This document shows, one piece after another, positions 1-10,730 of a DNA stretch of 64,000 nt. The first letter of the stretch is position 1. Every line of letters starts with the position of its first letter. The notes under the pieces were generated by a model, which ran no database searches, had not been told where the DNA came from, and worked only from the letters and a program-made list of their open reading frames with translations. This stretch comes from Cenococcum geophilum (Eukaryota): assembly GCA_050273025.1 (NCBI GenBank), contig CP158636.1:10788001-10852000 (forward strand), in the 5' to 3' direction. Made by a program: the position numbers and the translations under genes.

Positions 1-996
1 AAGTGTATCCCTACTTGGATCCAAATAAAGTCGAAAGTGCAAGTAAATTGGAGCGCGGCGCTACAGACGCTCGAGGGCCATTCGAGTGCGGTCGCGTCAG
101 TAGCCTTCTCGCCGGACGGCAAGCTGGTGGCGTCAGGCTCGCACGACGAGACGGTCAGGCTCTGGGACGCCGTTACGGGAGCGGTGCTGCAGACGCTCGA
201 GGGCCATTCGAGGGGGGTCGCGTCAGTAGCCTTCTCGCCGGACGGCAAGCTGGTGGCGTCAGGCTCGCGCGACGGGACGGTCAGGCTCTGGGACGCCGAC
301 ACGGGAGCGGCGCTGCAGACGCTCGAGGGCCATTCGAATTGGGTCACGTCAGTAGCCTTCTCGCCGGACGGCAAGCTGGTGGCGTCAGGCTCGGACGACG
401 AGACGGTCAGGCTCTGGGACGCCGACACGAGAGCGGCGCTGCAGACACTCGAGGGCCATTCGAATTGGGTCACGTCAGTAGCCTTCTCGCCGGACGGCAA
501 GCTGGTGGCGTCAGGCTCGAACGACAAGACGGTCAGGCTCTGGGACGCTGACACGGGAGCGGCGCTGCAGACGCTCGAGGGCCATTCGAATTGGGTCACG
601 TCAGTAGCCTTCTCGCCGGACGGCAAGCTGGTGGCGTCAGGCTCGAACGACGAGACGGTCAGGCTCTGGGACGCCGTCACGGGAGCGGCGCTGCAGACGC
701 TTAAGATTGGTGTAGTTATTAACAACCTTTTATTCTCTGCTTTGGGTCAATACCTTAAAACGGATAGGGGGGTAATAGATATAACCTCTCTTAAGGTATC
801 GCTAAATTCTTTAGAGCAGTTACGTACTCTATTTATATTAAATAATTGGGTAAAGGAGGAGGGGCGGAATATTCTTTGGCTTCCTCCTAACTATCGAGCG
901 ACTTGTGTAGCTGTTTGGAATGCAACAGTTGTATTAGGACACTCATCAGGGGGCATATCATTTCTCCAATTTGAAGAAGGGTTAAAGCTTATATAG
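1..996 (+). CDS. 3' part of a HET-E/NWD-type NACHT-WD40 NLR-like gene (starts upstream of the window)
   Basis: Open frame to TAG at 996 with five near-identical 42-aa WD40 repeats (LQTLEGHS..V.SVAFSPDGKLVASGS.D.TVRLWD), then the typical NWD tail (NILWLPPNYRATCVAVWNATVVLGHSSG). The NACHT domain is not in the window, so it is inferred. Confidence 0.85.
   Translation, partial: KCIPTWIQIKSKVQVNWSAALQTLEGHSSAVASVAFSPDGKLVASGSHDETVRLWDAVTGAVLQTLEGHSRGVASVAFSPDGKLVASGSRDGTVRLWDADTGAALQTLEGHSNWVTSVAFSPDGKLVASGSDDETVRLWDADTRAALQTLEGHSNWVTSVAFSPDGKLVASGSNDKTVRLWDADTGAALQTLEGHSNWVTSVAFSPDGKLVASGSNDETVRLWDAVTGAALQTLKIGVVINNLLFSALGQYLKTDRGVIDITSLKVSLNSLEQLRTLFILNNWVKEEGRNILWLPPNYRATCVAVWNATVVLGHSSGGISFLQFEEGLKLI
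52..702 (+). repeat. 126-bp tandem repeat array (~5.2 units) encoding WD40 repeats
   Basis: CT(A/G)CAGAC(G/A)CTCGAGGGCCATTCG recurs at 61, 187, 313, 439 and 565, with a partial unit at 691. Confidence 0.95.
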
Positions 997-2017
997 ACGT
1001 CTTATTCGCCACTCCGATTCTAGTGCCTTCTACGAGGGTCACACGCTTGTTACCGGAGGTAGGGAATACAAATTCCCCCCTCAGGCAGGAAATGTGCTAG
1101 CGAGCAGAGGCGTTAGGCCGGCGCTACTTGACCTGTTAGGTCGCCCTGCCAAGCGAGGACATCCGATATCAACTCTATGCCTAGTATCGTGACGTGGGCA
1201 ATATTCTTAGTAGCTCAACCTACGCGCTTCAAGTGGCGGAATTTGTTAGTGCCAAAACTTGGATCGAGCGGTACTACTGCAGCTTTGGCTCTGCTAGAGG
1301 GTGCCGACCCGCTCTGGCCACATCTATAAGGCACGAGGTAGACAGGGAGTCTAGTTGATGGAGCGATAGGGTATATTGATGGGTTGCGAAGAACCAAGAG
1401 ATGAATCCTTAAGGAAAAGGGGCGTCTCGGTGCGAGGCGTGGAGTGAATTTAGGCTCAAATGGTGGCGATCTTTCTCTCCTAGTGGTATGTTGCAGCTGA
1501 CGCGCAGCAGCGATTAGCCGTATCGGCTCTCTTACCTGCGGTGAAATAGGTACTTATACCGCACTGCTTCGAATATCCCTACCCGGCCTACTTGGCCCGA
1601 TTACCTTCCATCGTGGTACATGTGATCAGCTATCCCATGCGCTGTTGAGGCGTCCAGTAGATGTGGCCCGTGCACGAACACCAAAACATTAGCAAACGCC
1701 CCGAGTGAAGAATCAATGCAATATACCGCTCTGCAAAGAAGGACCTTGCTGGCAGGAATACCTTGCCTTGATCCGATTATAATTGAGACGATAATATAGC
1801 AAATTTGAGATTTATTATAATGATTTGGAGCCTCATTGATTGATCAAAACTACGACCTTATTTTGCCAAGACCCTTTGATTTGAAGCCTTTGGTTGGCTC
1901 GTCTATCTGGACGCCTTTATCAACAGCGCATGGGATACACACATAACACACGGCGCATTGGACCCACTTGGATTTTCGCCGTCCAAACCATCATTATAGC
2001 AAACACAGGGCGAAAGA

Positions 2018-4008
2018 ATGGTGGCTGTTCGAGAAATTGAAACCGATACCTACGACTATGTTGTCTGCGGGTAATTTATCTCAAGTTCCTCATTAGAATT
2101 GTTATTAACGAGACGTAGTGGTGGAACTGCTGGTTGTGTCATTGCGGGGCGCCTCGCTGAGAATCTCAATGCTACCGTACTCATTCTTGAAGCAGGCCAA
2201 AACAATGTCGACCTCGAGAACGTTCATATGCCAGGCGGGTGAGCGACTTTCACCTTGACGCTCCAGATTTCACCAAGCTTAGCATCAGGCAGTTGGTCAA
2301 ACAACTTCGATTCGGTAACAGATTGGAACATTGTCACAGAGCCAATGCCGGGAGTGGACGACCGCCGCGTGAAGTGCAGCCGTGGGAGATTTCTAGGCGG
2401 ATGCAGTGGGGTCAACGGAACTCTATGCATTAGAGGAATCAAGCAAGATTACGATGATTGGGAGATGCAGGGATGGAGCGGAGATGAAATGTTCAAGTAC
2501 ATGGCGAAGGTACGAAAGCCTAGTTTAATAGCGTCTCGGTGCTCAGATATCTCTTTTAGGCCGAAACATTTCACGGTAAAGACCGGTTTCACGCCAGCGA
2601 CAAGGACCATGGATACAGCGGCCCTTTACACACTGAGCCTCACGAGTTAGCGCCAATATCGGAGCTCGTCAAGCAGTCTTTAATTGATCAAGGACTGCTG
2701 TGGCATGAAGACATGTTTACGACGGGAGAAACCCCGCAAGGCTGTGGCAATGCTACGAGAACTGTTCATCAAGGTCTCCGCTCAACTGCAGCAGACTTTA
2801 TCACGAAAGGATACCGGGGAGATAATATAACCATCAAAACTGACGTTACCGTAAATAATGTTGTACTCTCTGATACTGCCGAAGGCCTACAGGCAAGCGG
2901 CGTGAGTTTCACCTTAAAGAGTGGTGAAATTGGCGCTGTCAAAGCCCGGAAAGAAGTCATTGTTAGCGCTGGAGCTTACTGCAGCCCCGCAATCTTGCTC
3001 AGATCTGGTATTGGCGCCAAATCTGAACTTGAGAAGTTAGGAATACCCTGCAATGTTGACCTTCCAGGTGTTGGCCAAAATCTAATGGACCATGTAGTAA
3101 GAACACCACCCTTGAACTATCACCCTACTACTTTTTACTAATACAGTACAGCTCGCGTTTGTATTCTACGAGACGGAGAAGGAAGGGCTGACGAATGACC
3201 ATCTGGCCTATCACGGGGACGGCCTTGCATCATCTTATAAACTCTGGAAGGAGCAGAAAACGGGAGTGCTGTCTACCTTTCCATTTGGCACTTTCGCATA
3301 CGCTCGGCTCGATCAGCGTCTAAAAGATGACCCACTTTGGGTTGGCTCTCCGCGAAGGGATGGCCGCGACCCGATGGATTTAACTCCAAGGCAGCCCAAC
3401 TTGGAGTTCTGGAACACGGAGCTCTATGGCGGACCGAAGCAATTCGTGGACTTTCCAATCAACAAGAAACATGCTTTCGCTATGTGTACTCTCCTTTTTA
3501 ATGCACGGTCACGTGGCACGGTGTCTCTGAAATCAGCAGAGCCTATGGAAAACCCTATCGTTGACCACAACTACCTTGCTGATCCATTGGATCTATTGGT
3601 ACTTAGCGAAGGGTGTAGATATGCCAATGAGATCGTTATGAATGGTAAAGGCACGAAAGACATCATAAAGGGGAGCTGGCCACCGGAGCTGACTCACCAT
3701 TCGTATACTACGCGTGAACAATGGGTACCTTATGTGAAACAGCAAGCAACGACTTGTAAGTGGTTTTTTAATTGAAAATTTGTATTACTAATTTAACATT
3801 TTTAGGCTACCATGCTGCTGGAACCTGTAAAATGGGCAAGGCAGATGACCCTTCCGCAGTCTTGGATGAAAAGCTTCGCGTCCGAGGAGTCAAAGGTTTA
3901 CGGGTAGCAGATGTGAGCATCATGCCGTTGCTGAATAGTGGGCATACACAGATGCCTGCATATGGTATTGGTGAAAAGGCCGCAGATTTGATTAAAGCGG
4001 ACGCCTAG
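2018..4008 (+). CDS. GMC oxidoreductase (alcohol oxidase/choline dehydrogenase-like), about 6 exons
   Basis: ATG 2018 MVAVREIETDTYDYVVCG|GGTAGCVIAGRLAE (FAD-binding motif), RGRFLGGCSGVNG, EVIVSAGAYCSPAILLRSGIG, YHAAGTCKMG, LRVRGVKGLRVADVSIMP. GT-AG introns at about 2071-2118, 2239-2292, 2510-2559, 3095-3151 and 3756-3806. Confidence 0.93.
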
Positions 4009-4164
4009 CATTGCATCTATCCTTGGTGAAGGCTAGGGTACAGCTGCTACAGGCCGGACGCGGGTTGTGTGACCCTCGGTAGACGGTTGGTACGTGCACT
4101 ACGCGCACGTGCGGGCATACTGCTCCTTATCAGCCAACCGAATTTTCCACCGAGAGCTTATGGG

Positions 4165-4320
4165 CGTGATCTTTTTGGACTGGGTTAAAGTTGGAGTGGA
4201 CTGCTAACCTTGATAAATAAGCGTTAGTCCTATTTAAGAATGAGCTAAACCTCAAGTAATTTGGACAAGAGTAGATATGAGATCAAATCCACTCCAGTCC
4301 AAAAGGATCACTGCAGCCTA
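4165..4320. mobile_element. MITE-like element, family A, copy 1
   Basis: Terminal inverted repeats GTGATCTTTTTGGACTGG ... CCAGTCCAAAAGGATCAC. The whole ~150 bp aligns to the reverse complement of 41472-41631. Confidence 0.75.
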
Positions 4321-4915
4321 ATGACCTGAAATGAAACCTGAAAATAAATTTAAAAAGTTTAGCTAGATTTCATGAATATTATAACTAGCTGGACAACTAC
4401 AAGCTTTGATCCACGATTTTTCTTATGCCGAATTATCCTTGCTCAAATAAAAGCGCCGCCTATGCAACAAGGATTTCTATCCCTGTGCTATGAAATCTTG
4501 ACATTAGTAGATGAATTTTCTTTTATGCCCGAGAAGCGGAGACCCACAATGGAGCTCCAGTGGACGAGCTACTCGATAGAACTGCTTGACGGAAATTTGC
4601 CTGCAGCTTTCCGGAAGAGCCTACGTGATTTCATCGTAATGAGGCTCCCGCATAGGATTGCATCAATTCGAGAGATAGAACTAATTCGGTACAAACACGT
4701 TCAATGAAAGAATTCCGGTTGTTGCACAGGTGTTGTTGTTTGCCAAGACAGTAACCACGCGAAGGTTAAACACCAATTCACGGTCAACACAACTTTGTCG
4801 CCAGAACGCATATGACCCCCGAACCCGCCATATTTCCGCCTAATTGCGCCTCCCTCTTCCCAGCCCGTCCACTTATACCCCTCTTCGGCCATGCTGATCT
4901 AGCTGCTGTTCTGCA

Positions 4916-6754
4916 ATGGAACCCCGCCCCCAACACATTCTGCCACAAACCTCTAAACAAGCCAAGGCGGCATACAAGAAACATGGCTTTCGTCTCTCAA
5001 CCCGCGACATGCGCGAGATTGAGCGCGCAGAAGAATTGCAGCGGCGCGCTGACCGCATCAAAGAACAGGAACGCCGCAAGAAGCTAACGCAGAAACGCAA
5101 AGCGGAGAAGGAACAGAGGGAGCGAGAGGCCAGGGCGAAATCAGGCATTGGATTGGCAACACAGCTGGCGGGATATAACCATAGCCAAGTCAGGATGAAG
5201 AACGGTATGGAATCATTTCTAAGGAAGGGAACGGTGCGGGAGGGAGCTATGGATGTCTTGTTGGAGGAAGGGGGGGCAAAGAAGCCGTCGGATGGAGGTA
5301 GTGGGCTTCAAATAGCTGTTTCGCGCCACAAATATGCAAAAGGAGCCAGTGAGGGCCGGTGGAGTCAAGATAGGCTTGATGATGGAACACTGCTGGAGGC
5401 GGATTCTAGGGCAGTCTCAGAGCCTTGGGATATTGAGGATGTGGATGATGAAGCATTCATGGATGCGATCGAAGATGAGGCTTCGATGCCTAAGCAGTAT
5501 ACTCTAAAGACACTGCGACAGCCCGAACTAAAGCAAGAAGAAAGAAGCAATCATCACCGAGAAGATTCGAGCTTCGTTCGCCTCCATGGCCCAGTGGACG
5601 CCGCCATCGAAAGACTACTAGATCCCCTCTCGGATCCTCTGGTGGAATTTCTCTCGCAAGACATCTCATCTAACCCCAACATTTGGGATCCTGCTCCTTC
5701 TCTTCTCCATAGGTTGAAACCTCCGGATCTTCCACCACATAGGCTCCGTATCAAAGTGGGATGTGCCGTTGTCTTACTAACAAACTTAAACACGAGCATC
5801 CAAATATCAGAAAGAAGCCATTTGCGTATCCTCAGGATTGAAAATGAGAGGCTCGAGTGCTTGGTTTTAGATGGCCGGCTGGAAGGTACCAAGAGTATCC
5901 TGACACGAGTACCATTTTCTGCGCAATACAAGAGTGAGGATCGGTATTCCTTTGCTAGAATGCAGTTTCCCGTGCGTGTCACTACCAATCCATATCAACT
6001 CCAGAAGAAGCCTGCCAAACCCACGGACAGCCACAAACGATTGAATGCTACCCACGATAACCCAGAGAATCTGCCGGAAACAAAGAAGCTAAAGGTCCCC
6101 GAGCCATTTGCTAAATCACCTATACCAACTTTACGGATCTTAAAATCCCCGACGGCTACTAAACCTCAAAAAATAACTCCCAAAATGATCGACTTTTGGG
6201 ACAATTTCCTGGTCAGCGGCACTCAGATAGCTCGGGAACTCTCGCCAGAACCAGTTCTAAAAGCACAAAAAGCCACAGCAGAGTCACCTGAATTTATGCC
6301 GTGCACGCAAGATCTCGACTTTTCAGCAGAAGACTTGGAAGAGCTTGGGAGCTCAATGACGGGTGACATGCCTCAAATTCCGCAGGAAATCGTACCAGAA
6401 TCCTGCCAGCCCCGTTCCTTACAGAATTCCATCAATAAATCGCCTCCTAAACCTACAAATTACCTAAGGGCTGCATCAGCTAACTTGGCTACCACGCCCC
6501 AAAGGTTGATCCGCGCAAGTGATAACCCTAACAGGGGGATGATGCTTCCTCCACCTCTACCTGCACCTTCCCGATTTACCAAACCGGCAACCCAACCTAA
6601 AACTACCCCTCCACTACACCAAACTATACAGCCCATTCGGACCTATGAGCAATCACTTACGCCCTCGCTAAAGGATTTCGGCATCTCCACCCAAGACCTA
6701 GTGTCCATCGTTGAAGACGACCTACCCATTTCCTCGCCGCCCATTTTGGTTTAA
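4916..6754 (+). CDS. Hypothetical 612-aa protein: charged coiled-coil N-terminus, central Pif1/Helitron helicase-like subdomain, Pro/Ser/Thr-rich disordered tail
   Basis: Single long ORF. The segment DLPPHRLRIKVGCAVVLLTNLN...LECLVLDGRLEGTKSILTRVPF...FARMQFPVRV resembles the Pif1/Helitron helicase stretch LPPH.L.LKVG.P.MLLRNL...RRQFPVR. Confidence 0.75.
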   Translation: MEPRPQHILPQTSKQAKAAYKKHGFRLSTRDMREIERAEELQRRADRIKEQERRKKLTQKRKAEKEQREREARAKSGIGLATQLAGYNHSQVRMKNGMESFLRKGTVREGAMDVLLEEGGAKKPSDGGSGLQIAVSRHKYAKGASEGRWSQDRLDDGTLLEADSRAVSEPWDIEDVDDEAFMDAIEDEASMPKQYTLKTLRQPELKQEERSNHHREDSSFVRLHGPVDAAIERLLDPLSDPLVEFLSQDISSNPNIWDPAPSLLHRLKPPDLPPHRLRIKVGCAVVLLTNLNTSIQISERSHLRILRIENERLECLVLDGRLEGTKSILTRVPFSAQYKSEDRYSFARMQFPVRVTTNPYQLQKKPAKPTDSHKRLNATHDNPENLPETKKLKVPEPFAKSPIPTLRILKSPTATKPQKITPKMIDFWDNFLVSGTQIARELSPEPVLKAQKATAESPEFMPCTQDLDFSAEDLEELGSSMTGDMPQIPQEIVPESCQPRSLQNSINKSPPKPTNYLRAASANLATTPQRLIRASDNPNRGMMLPPPLPAPSRFTKPATQPKTTPPLHQTIQPIRTYEQSLTPSLKDFGISTQDLVSIVEDDLPISSPPILV

Positions 6755-7315
6755 GGTAGATCTGGGATCTGCCGTAGCCATTATCAAAGCATGATTGGAA
6801 CTTTGTTAACAGCACTTAATTTCGGTGATTAGAGGAGATCTTACTACGCAGACATAGTTCCAGCCCCCAAGGGACGCAGGATGCATAAACCTCGACCCAG
6901 CCCCCACATTCTATTGACTCATCAATTCGATCTCTTGTTGAAGCGTACACTTAAGTGTTGTTTTAGCTATACCTCTTGGGTAGCTTCGTATAATTACAAA
7001 TATTGTAAGAATTCTTCTGCGTATTGGGTTCGGGAGTTCTTCGGACATCTGTGCAAAATTCACCTTGCATGGAAAGATTCAAACGGACAGCGCCTAGCGG
7101 GGATGGCTGTATGAATAAACGTATGGAATAATACAGGGTAAGTCTAACATTTCAAGACTAAAAACCTGGATCTCGCAATAGCAGTTACTGCGTGGGGCAG
7201 AGGCCCCAAGTAGCATCACGAATTGAAGGTACAGACTTCCATAGCTTTTTGCTTGCGAGTTACTGCCGATCGCCATACGTGGCATGAAATGGATTGGATA
7301 TCAAAACTACCACTA

Positions 7316-8652
7316 TCATATCTGCATGTCGTCCTGTTCTCCCTGAACCCCCCCCCCTCCCTCTTCGTCCCCTTCATCTAAGTCCTCAAGTGGAAAGGTC
7401 AAAATAGCTGCCACGTTCCCTAAACTTTCCAACCTCTTCCCACTCTCATGCAATGAACTCAATACCCTGATCTCTCCGCCCTCCACCTCTCTCACCCGGT
7501 CAACCAATCCCACCCACCGTTTCCGCTCTTCTACGTTCTGCGCTCGGAACAGAGCGTTGCTAATCAATAAAACGCCACCGCCACGTCCTACTGCACCTTT
7601 CTCCACCGCACCCTCTACTTCGCGAGGGCCGTACCAAGCTCTCCCATCATCCTGCCGTAGCAGAGTGAAGAAGCGGTCCATAAGTGCTGTTTCACGGGCG
7701 TATTTTGTATCGGCCAGTTTACTTAGGACTGCGGGCGAGGACAGAACCTCTGCTAATGCGTGCTGGTGGCCAGAGGAAGAGTGGGCAACTAAAACCAAAG
7801 GTACGAGAGTGAGGAGGGGTCTATTGTTGTTCGTGGTGGCATAGTTGCGGAGATAGGTGAGAAAGGAGTTTGCTGTGAAGCCTGGAGAGGCGAGGAGGAG
7901 CGGTTTGAGGGGTGTGGCCGCAAGGTCGATGTGGCGGAGAAGGGTGGAGAGGAGGGTGGAGAAGAACTTTTCGAGCGCCTAACACCACCTGTTAGTTATT
8001 TGCTCCGCGGATCAGAGGTCGATTGACTTTGAAATTAAACACACCATACCTTTTCATGCCCATCCAACCCCCCTTTCCTCTTCCTGGGTATCGGCACCTC
8101 GACCCTCTGCCTCAAAATCGTCTGATGCTCCGTAATCAGGCAGATATTCGCCAGCCCGTCCTGCATGACGACGGCCCACACTTCGGCGCGCTTCGTCGCG
8201 TCCAGCGCCTCGCGCAGCATCTCCACCGCCACGCTGTCCCACCCGTCCGCCTTCTCGATCGTGAACTTGCGCTGGAGCTCCAGGTCCAGCGTGTGGTAGC
8301 TCCCCAGCTTCACGTGCTCGCTCTCCGCCGCCACTTTGCCCGCGACGTGCAGCTGCCCGGACCCGACGTCGAAGTCGGTCGAGGTTACGCGGATCGTGAG
8401 GTCCATGGGGATGCGGGCCGAGGCCACGGAGCCGCTGTCGGATTCTTTGGTTACGCGGCGCATCGCGCGCGCGCGCAGGAGGTCGTTGGGCTGGATCAGG
8501 TTGTAGGCGTGCCACTGCGGAGCTGTTCAGTACAGTGCGGGGCGGCGAGAGGGGAGGGAGGGACTGCGGACCATGTCTTCTGGCTCTTCGGGGAGGAGGG
8601 TCGCAAAGCCGGAGCCATCTTTGAGCTCGATTTGCTGTTTGAGCAGGCGCAT
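7316..8652 (-). CDS. DOM34: Pelota/Dom34 ribosome rescue factor (eRF1 family), 3 exons
   Basis: MRLLKQQIELKDGSGFATLLPEEPEDM|WHAYNLI, KLGSYHTLDLEL, LLLASPGF, GRAWYGPREV, LHESGKRLESLGNVAAILTFPL. Introns at 8515-8571 and about 7979-8049. Confidence 0.95.
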
Positions 8653-9962
8653 GGTGGCGATTGTGCGGTGGTAATTGAGAGCTCGTCGAAGTGGGATGTG
8701 GGAATTTCCTGTGGGGTATTTGAGGAGTGAGGGGAGAAATTAAGGGTTAGATGCAAGCGCATAGAGCTATATTGTGAAAATAGTGGTTTGGCTCTCGTAC
8801 TCTGGCAAACCTGCTAGGAGGGCCAATCTTGTGGGAATAAGTTAGACAGCAAACGGTGTTCTAGAATCGAGAGTGGCGTGGTACGGGCAGCGGGTACCTA
8901 TCGATAAGCTCTGCTGTTACCCAAACGCTCTCGGACCAATCGGTCTTCATGATCTTCATGCCATGATTATTATCTTGGCAAAGTGAGCTTCCAGGGTGTT
9001 CTATTGTCTGTTCTAATGTCCCTCCCTAAGTCACGCAAAACCCGCCGTGCCACAAAATATGATGGGTACTTTGATTTCAAGCGACTACAACTTTGCGCAT
9101 ACGTTAATACCCACCATAATTTTGTATAAGCCGTGTGCTATAGCTACTTTAACACTCTCAGAGCCCCTTCAATCTATAAATTACGTTCGCATCGTCGCCT
9201 TCTCCCCTGATTCACTCTGAGCCTTCTTTTATAGCGAAACAATCTCTGTTTGCTACAGCACTACTATTAGGCTTTTACTGCCTATAAACCAAATGTAAGG
9301 GTCTTACCCGAGCCTTAGAGCCTTATTACGATGATAGGAAGTCATTATTAGCTTTGTGCCTGCTGTCGCGCGCAAATTCATGGAAGGCCCCTACCCTAGT
9401 CGGTACTTCCGATCGAACCAACTACCAGTTTCGGCTAGTGCGAAACCACCCGCGCCCTATAATTATCGCGGTGTAATTTATTTGTGATGACTGTTAGACC
9501 TGTGGCTGTGCGGAGCCTTTGCTAAGCGTTCGGGATATTATAAAATCCGACTCCGGATTGGGAGCAGGGTTGAGATCTCGAAGGCCCGGGCGCTCGTTCA
9601 GTCAAGCATCGAAACCGCGACACAGCCACCGTACAACTTCGAGATGTGGTCTAACGCACGACTATGTCTACCCCGAGAGCTTGCGTGACATAGAGGTAAA
9701 CTATCACGTCACCCTCAAACTCTGCAGAGCCGCCATTGGTACCGCCGCTGATCGAACAAAAGATTTGTTCAAGCCCATTACGTCTCATGCTTCTCGAGCC
9801 CATCACAACCGATCTATATACCTTTCACGAGGTAGAGCTTATCACCATCGGCTCATCGTTACTTATTGTCACTAATGAACGGCTTTTACAGCTCAACTAA
9901 AGTGGTACACTTGATCAACAAGAGCGGACTCGTTTGCCCGGCGTGATGGCAATGCCACGTCT

Positions 9963-10466
9963 ATGGAGCCCCGTTCGATGGATGATTATTACACTATAGA
10001 AGAGATTACGGAGATATGGCGCCAGTTTAATAAGGAACGATCCGAATGGACTCTTCAACAACATAAAGAATGGCATACGTTCCTGTACTATCAGTGTCTC
10101 GCCCGGGATAGACGCTATAAGCAGAAGACACTTTCAGAATATCTTCCAGACACCACGTGGATCACCTCTGGTCTCTTTATAGCCTTCTTGGAAATACTGG
10201 ATAACTATAAAACTATTTTTAGATGCGCAGTGTGGTCAAAGGATTATATCTATAAATTCGTTTGCCCGGACTGCTCGGTATTCGGGATTACAGTAATTAT
10301 GATGGGAGCTTTATTCAGTTTAGTATGCTTCGTGCACTCATTATCTGTGGTATTATTAGCAATTTGGAAATACAAACGATGGTTACCTTTGGCATTGGCC
10401 CTGTTTTGGACAACCGGATGCCTGTTGGATGGAGTGCAGCAGCTTTACAAAGCTCGGTTAGGATAG
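9963..10466 (+). CDS. Hypothetical protein with hydrophobic C-terminal segments
   Basis: 167-aa ATG-started ORF with no recognised family, next to a degraded AT-rich tract. Confidence 0.35.
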   Translation: MEPRSMDDYYTIEEITEIWRQFNKERSEWTLQQHKEWHTFLYYQCLARDRRYKQKTLSEYLPDTTWITSGLFIAFLEILDNYKTIFRCAVWSKDYIYKFVCPDCSVFGITVIMMGALFSLVCFVHSLSVVLLAIWKYKRWLPLALALFWTTGCLLDGVQQLYKARLG

Positions 10467-10591
10467 TATATTGTTGAAAGTGGACGAGTATAGGATCACC
10501 TATAGGTACAAGACTGTCTCCATGTGTTAATGTATTCTCCGTTTCCATTATTGTAGTTAGAGACTATGCAAAAAGTTTTGGAGTATTACGG

Positions 10592-10730
10592 TCAACTTAC
10601 TACCCATATCTTTTTGCATGCTCGGCTAAAAACCTTAGACCTTAGGCACACTATTGCTTTATAAATATTATACGTCTCTCCCCTATAGGACACTACTAGA
10701 TCGGAATATTCTAAGGTATTAAAGAGGCTA
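10592..10730 (-). pseudogene. Degraded BTB/POZ-domain gene fragment in an AT-rich tract (~10550-11300)
   Basis: YSDLVVSYRGETYNIYKAIVCLRSKVFSRAC resembles the fungal BTB start (SD..I......F.VHK.IVC..S.VF..AC). HK to YK is a C>T change, and the surroundings are TpA-rich. Confidence 0.55.

Noticed and set aside
3..551. Alternative-frame 182-aa repetitive ORF, and similar shadow ORFs at 30811-31614
   Set aside because: By-products of GC-rich tandem coding repeats; the WD40 and TPR frames explain the sequence.
52..702. Regular repeats with variable positions, superficially CRISPR-like
   Set aside because: Contiguous 126-bp coding units with no unique spacers, in a eukaryotic context.
1094..1130. 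TGCTAGCGAGCA-GAGGCGTTA downstream of the WD40 NLR, resembling pieces of the NLR-flanking inverted repeat
   Set aside because: Only two short imperfect blocks, too little to separate from chance without a genome-wide alignment.
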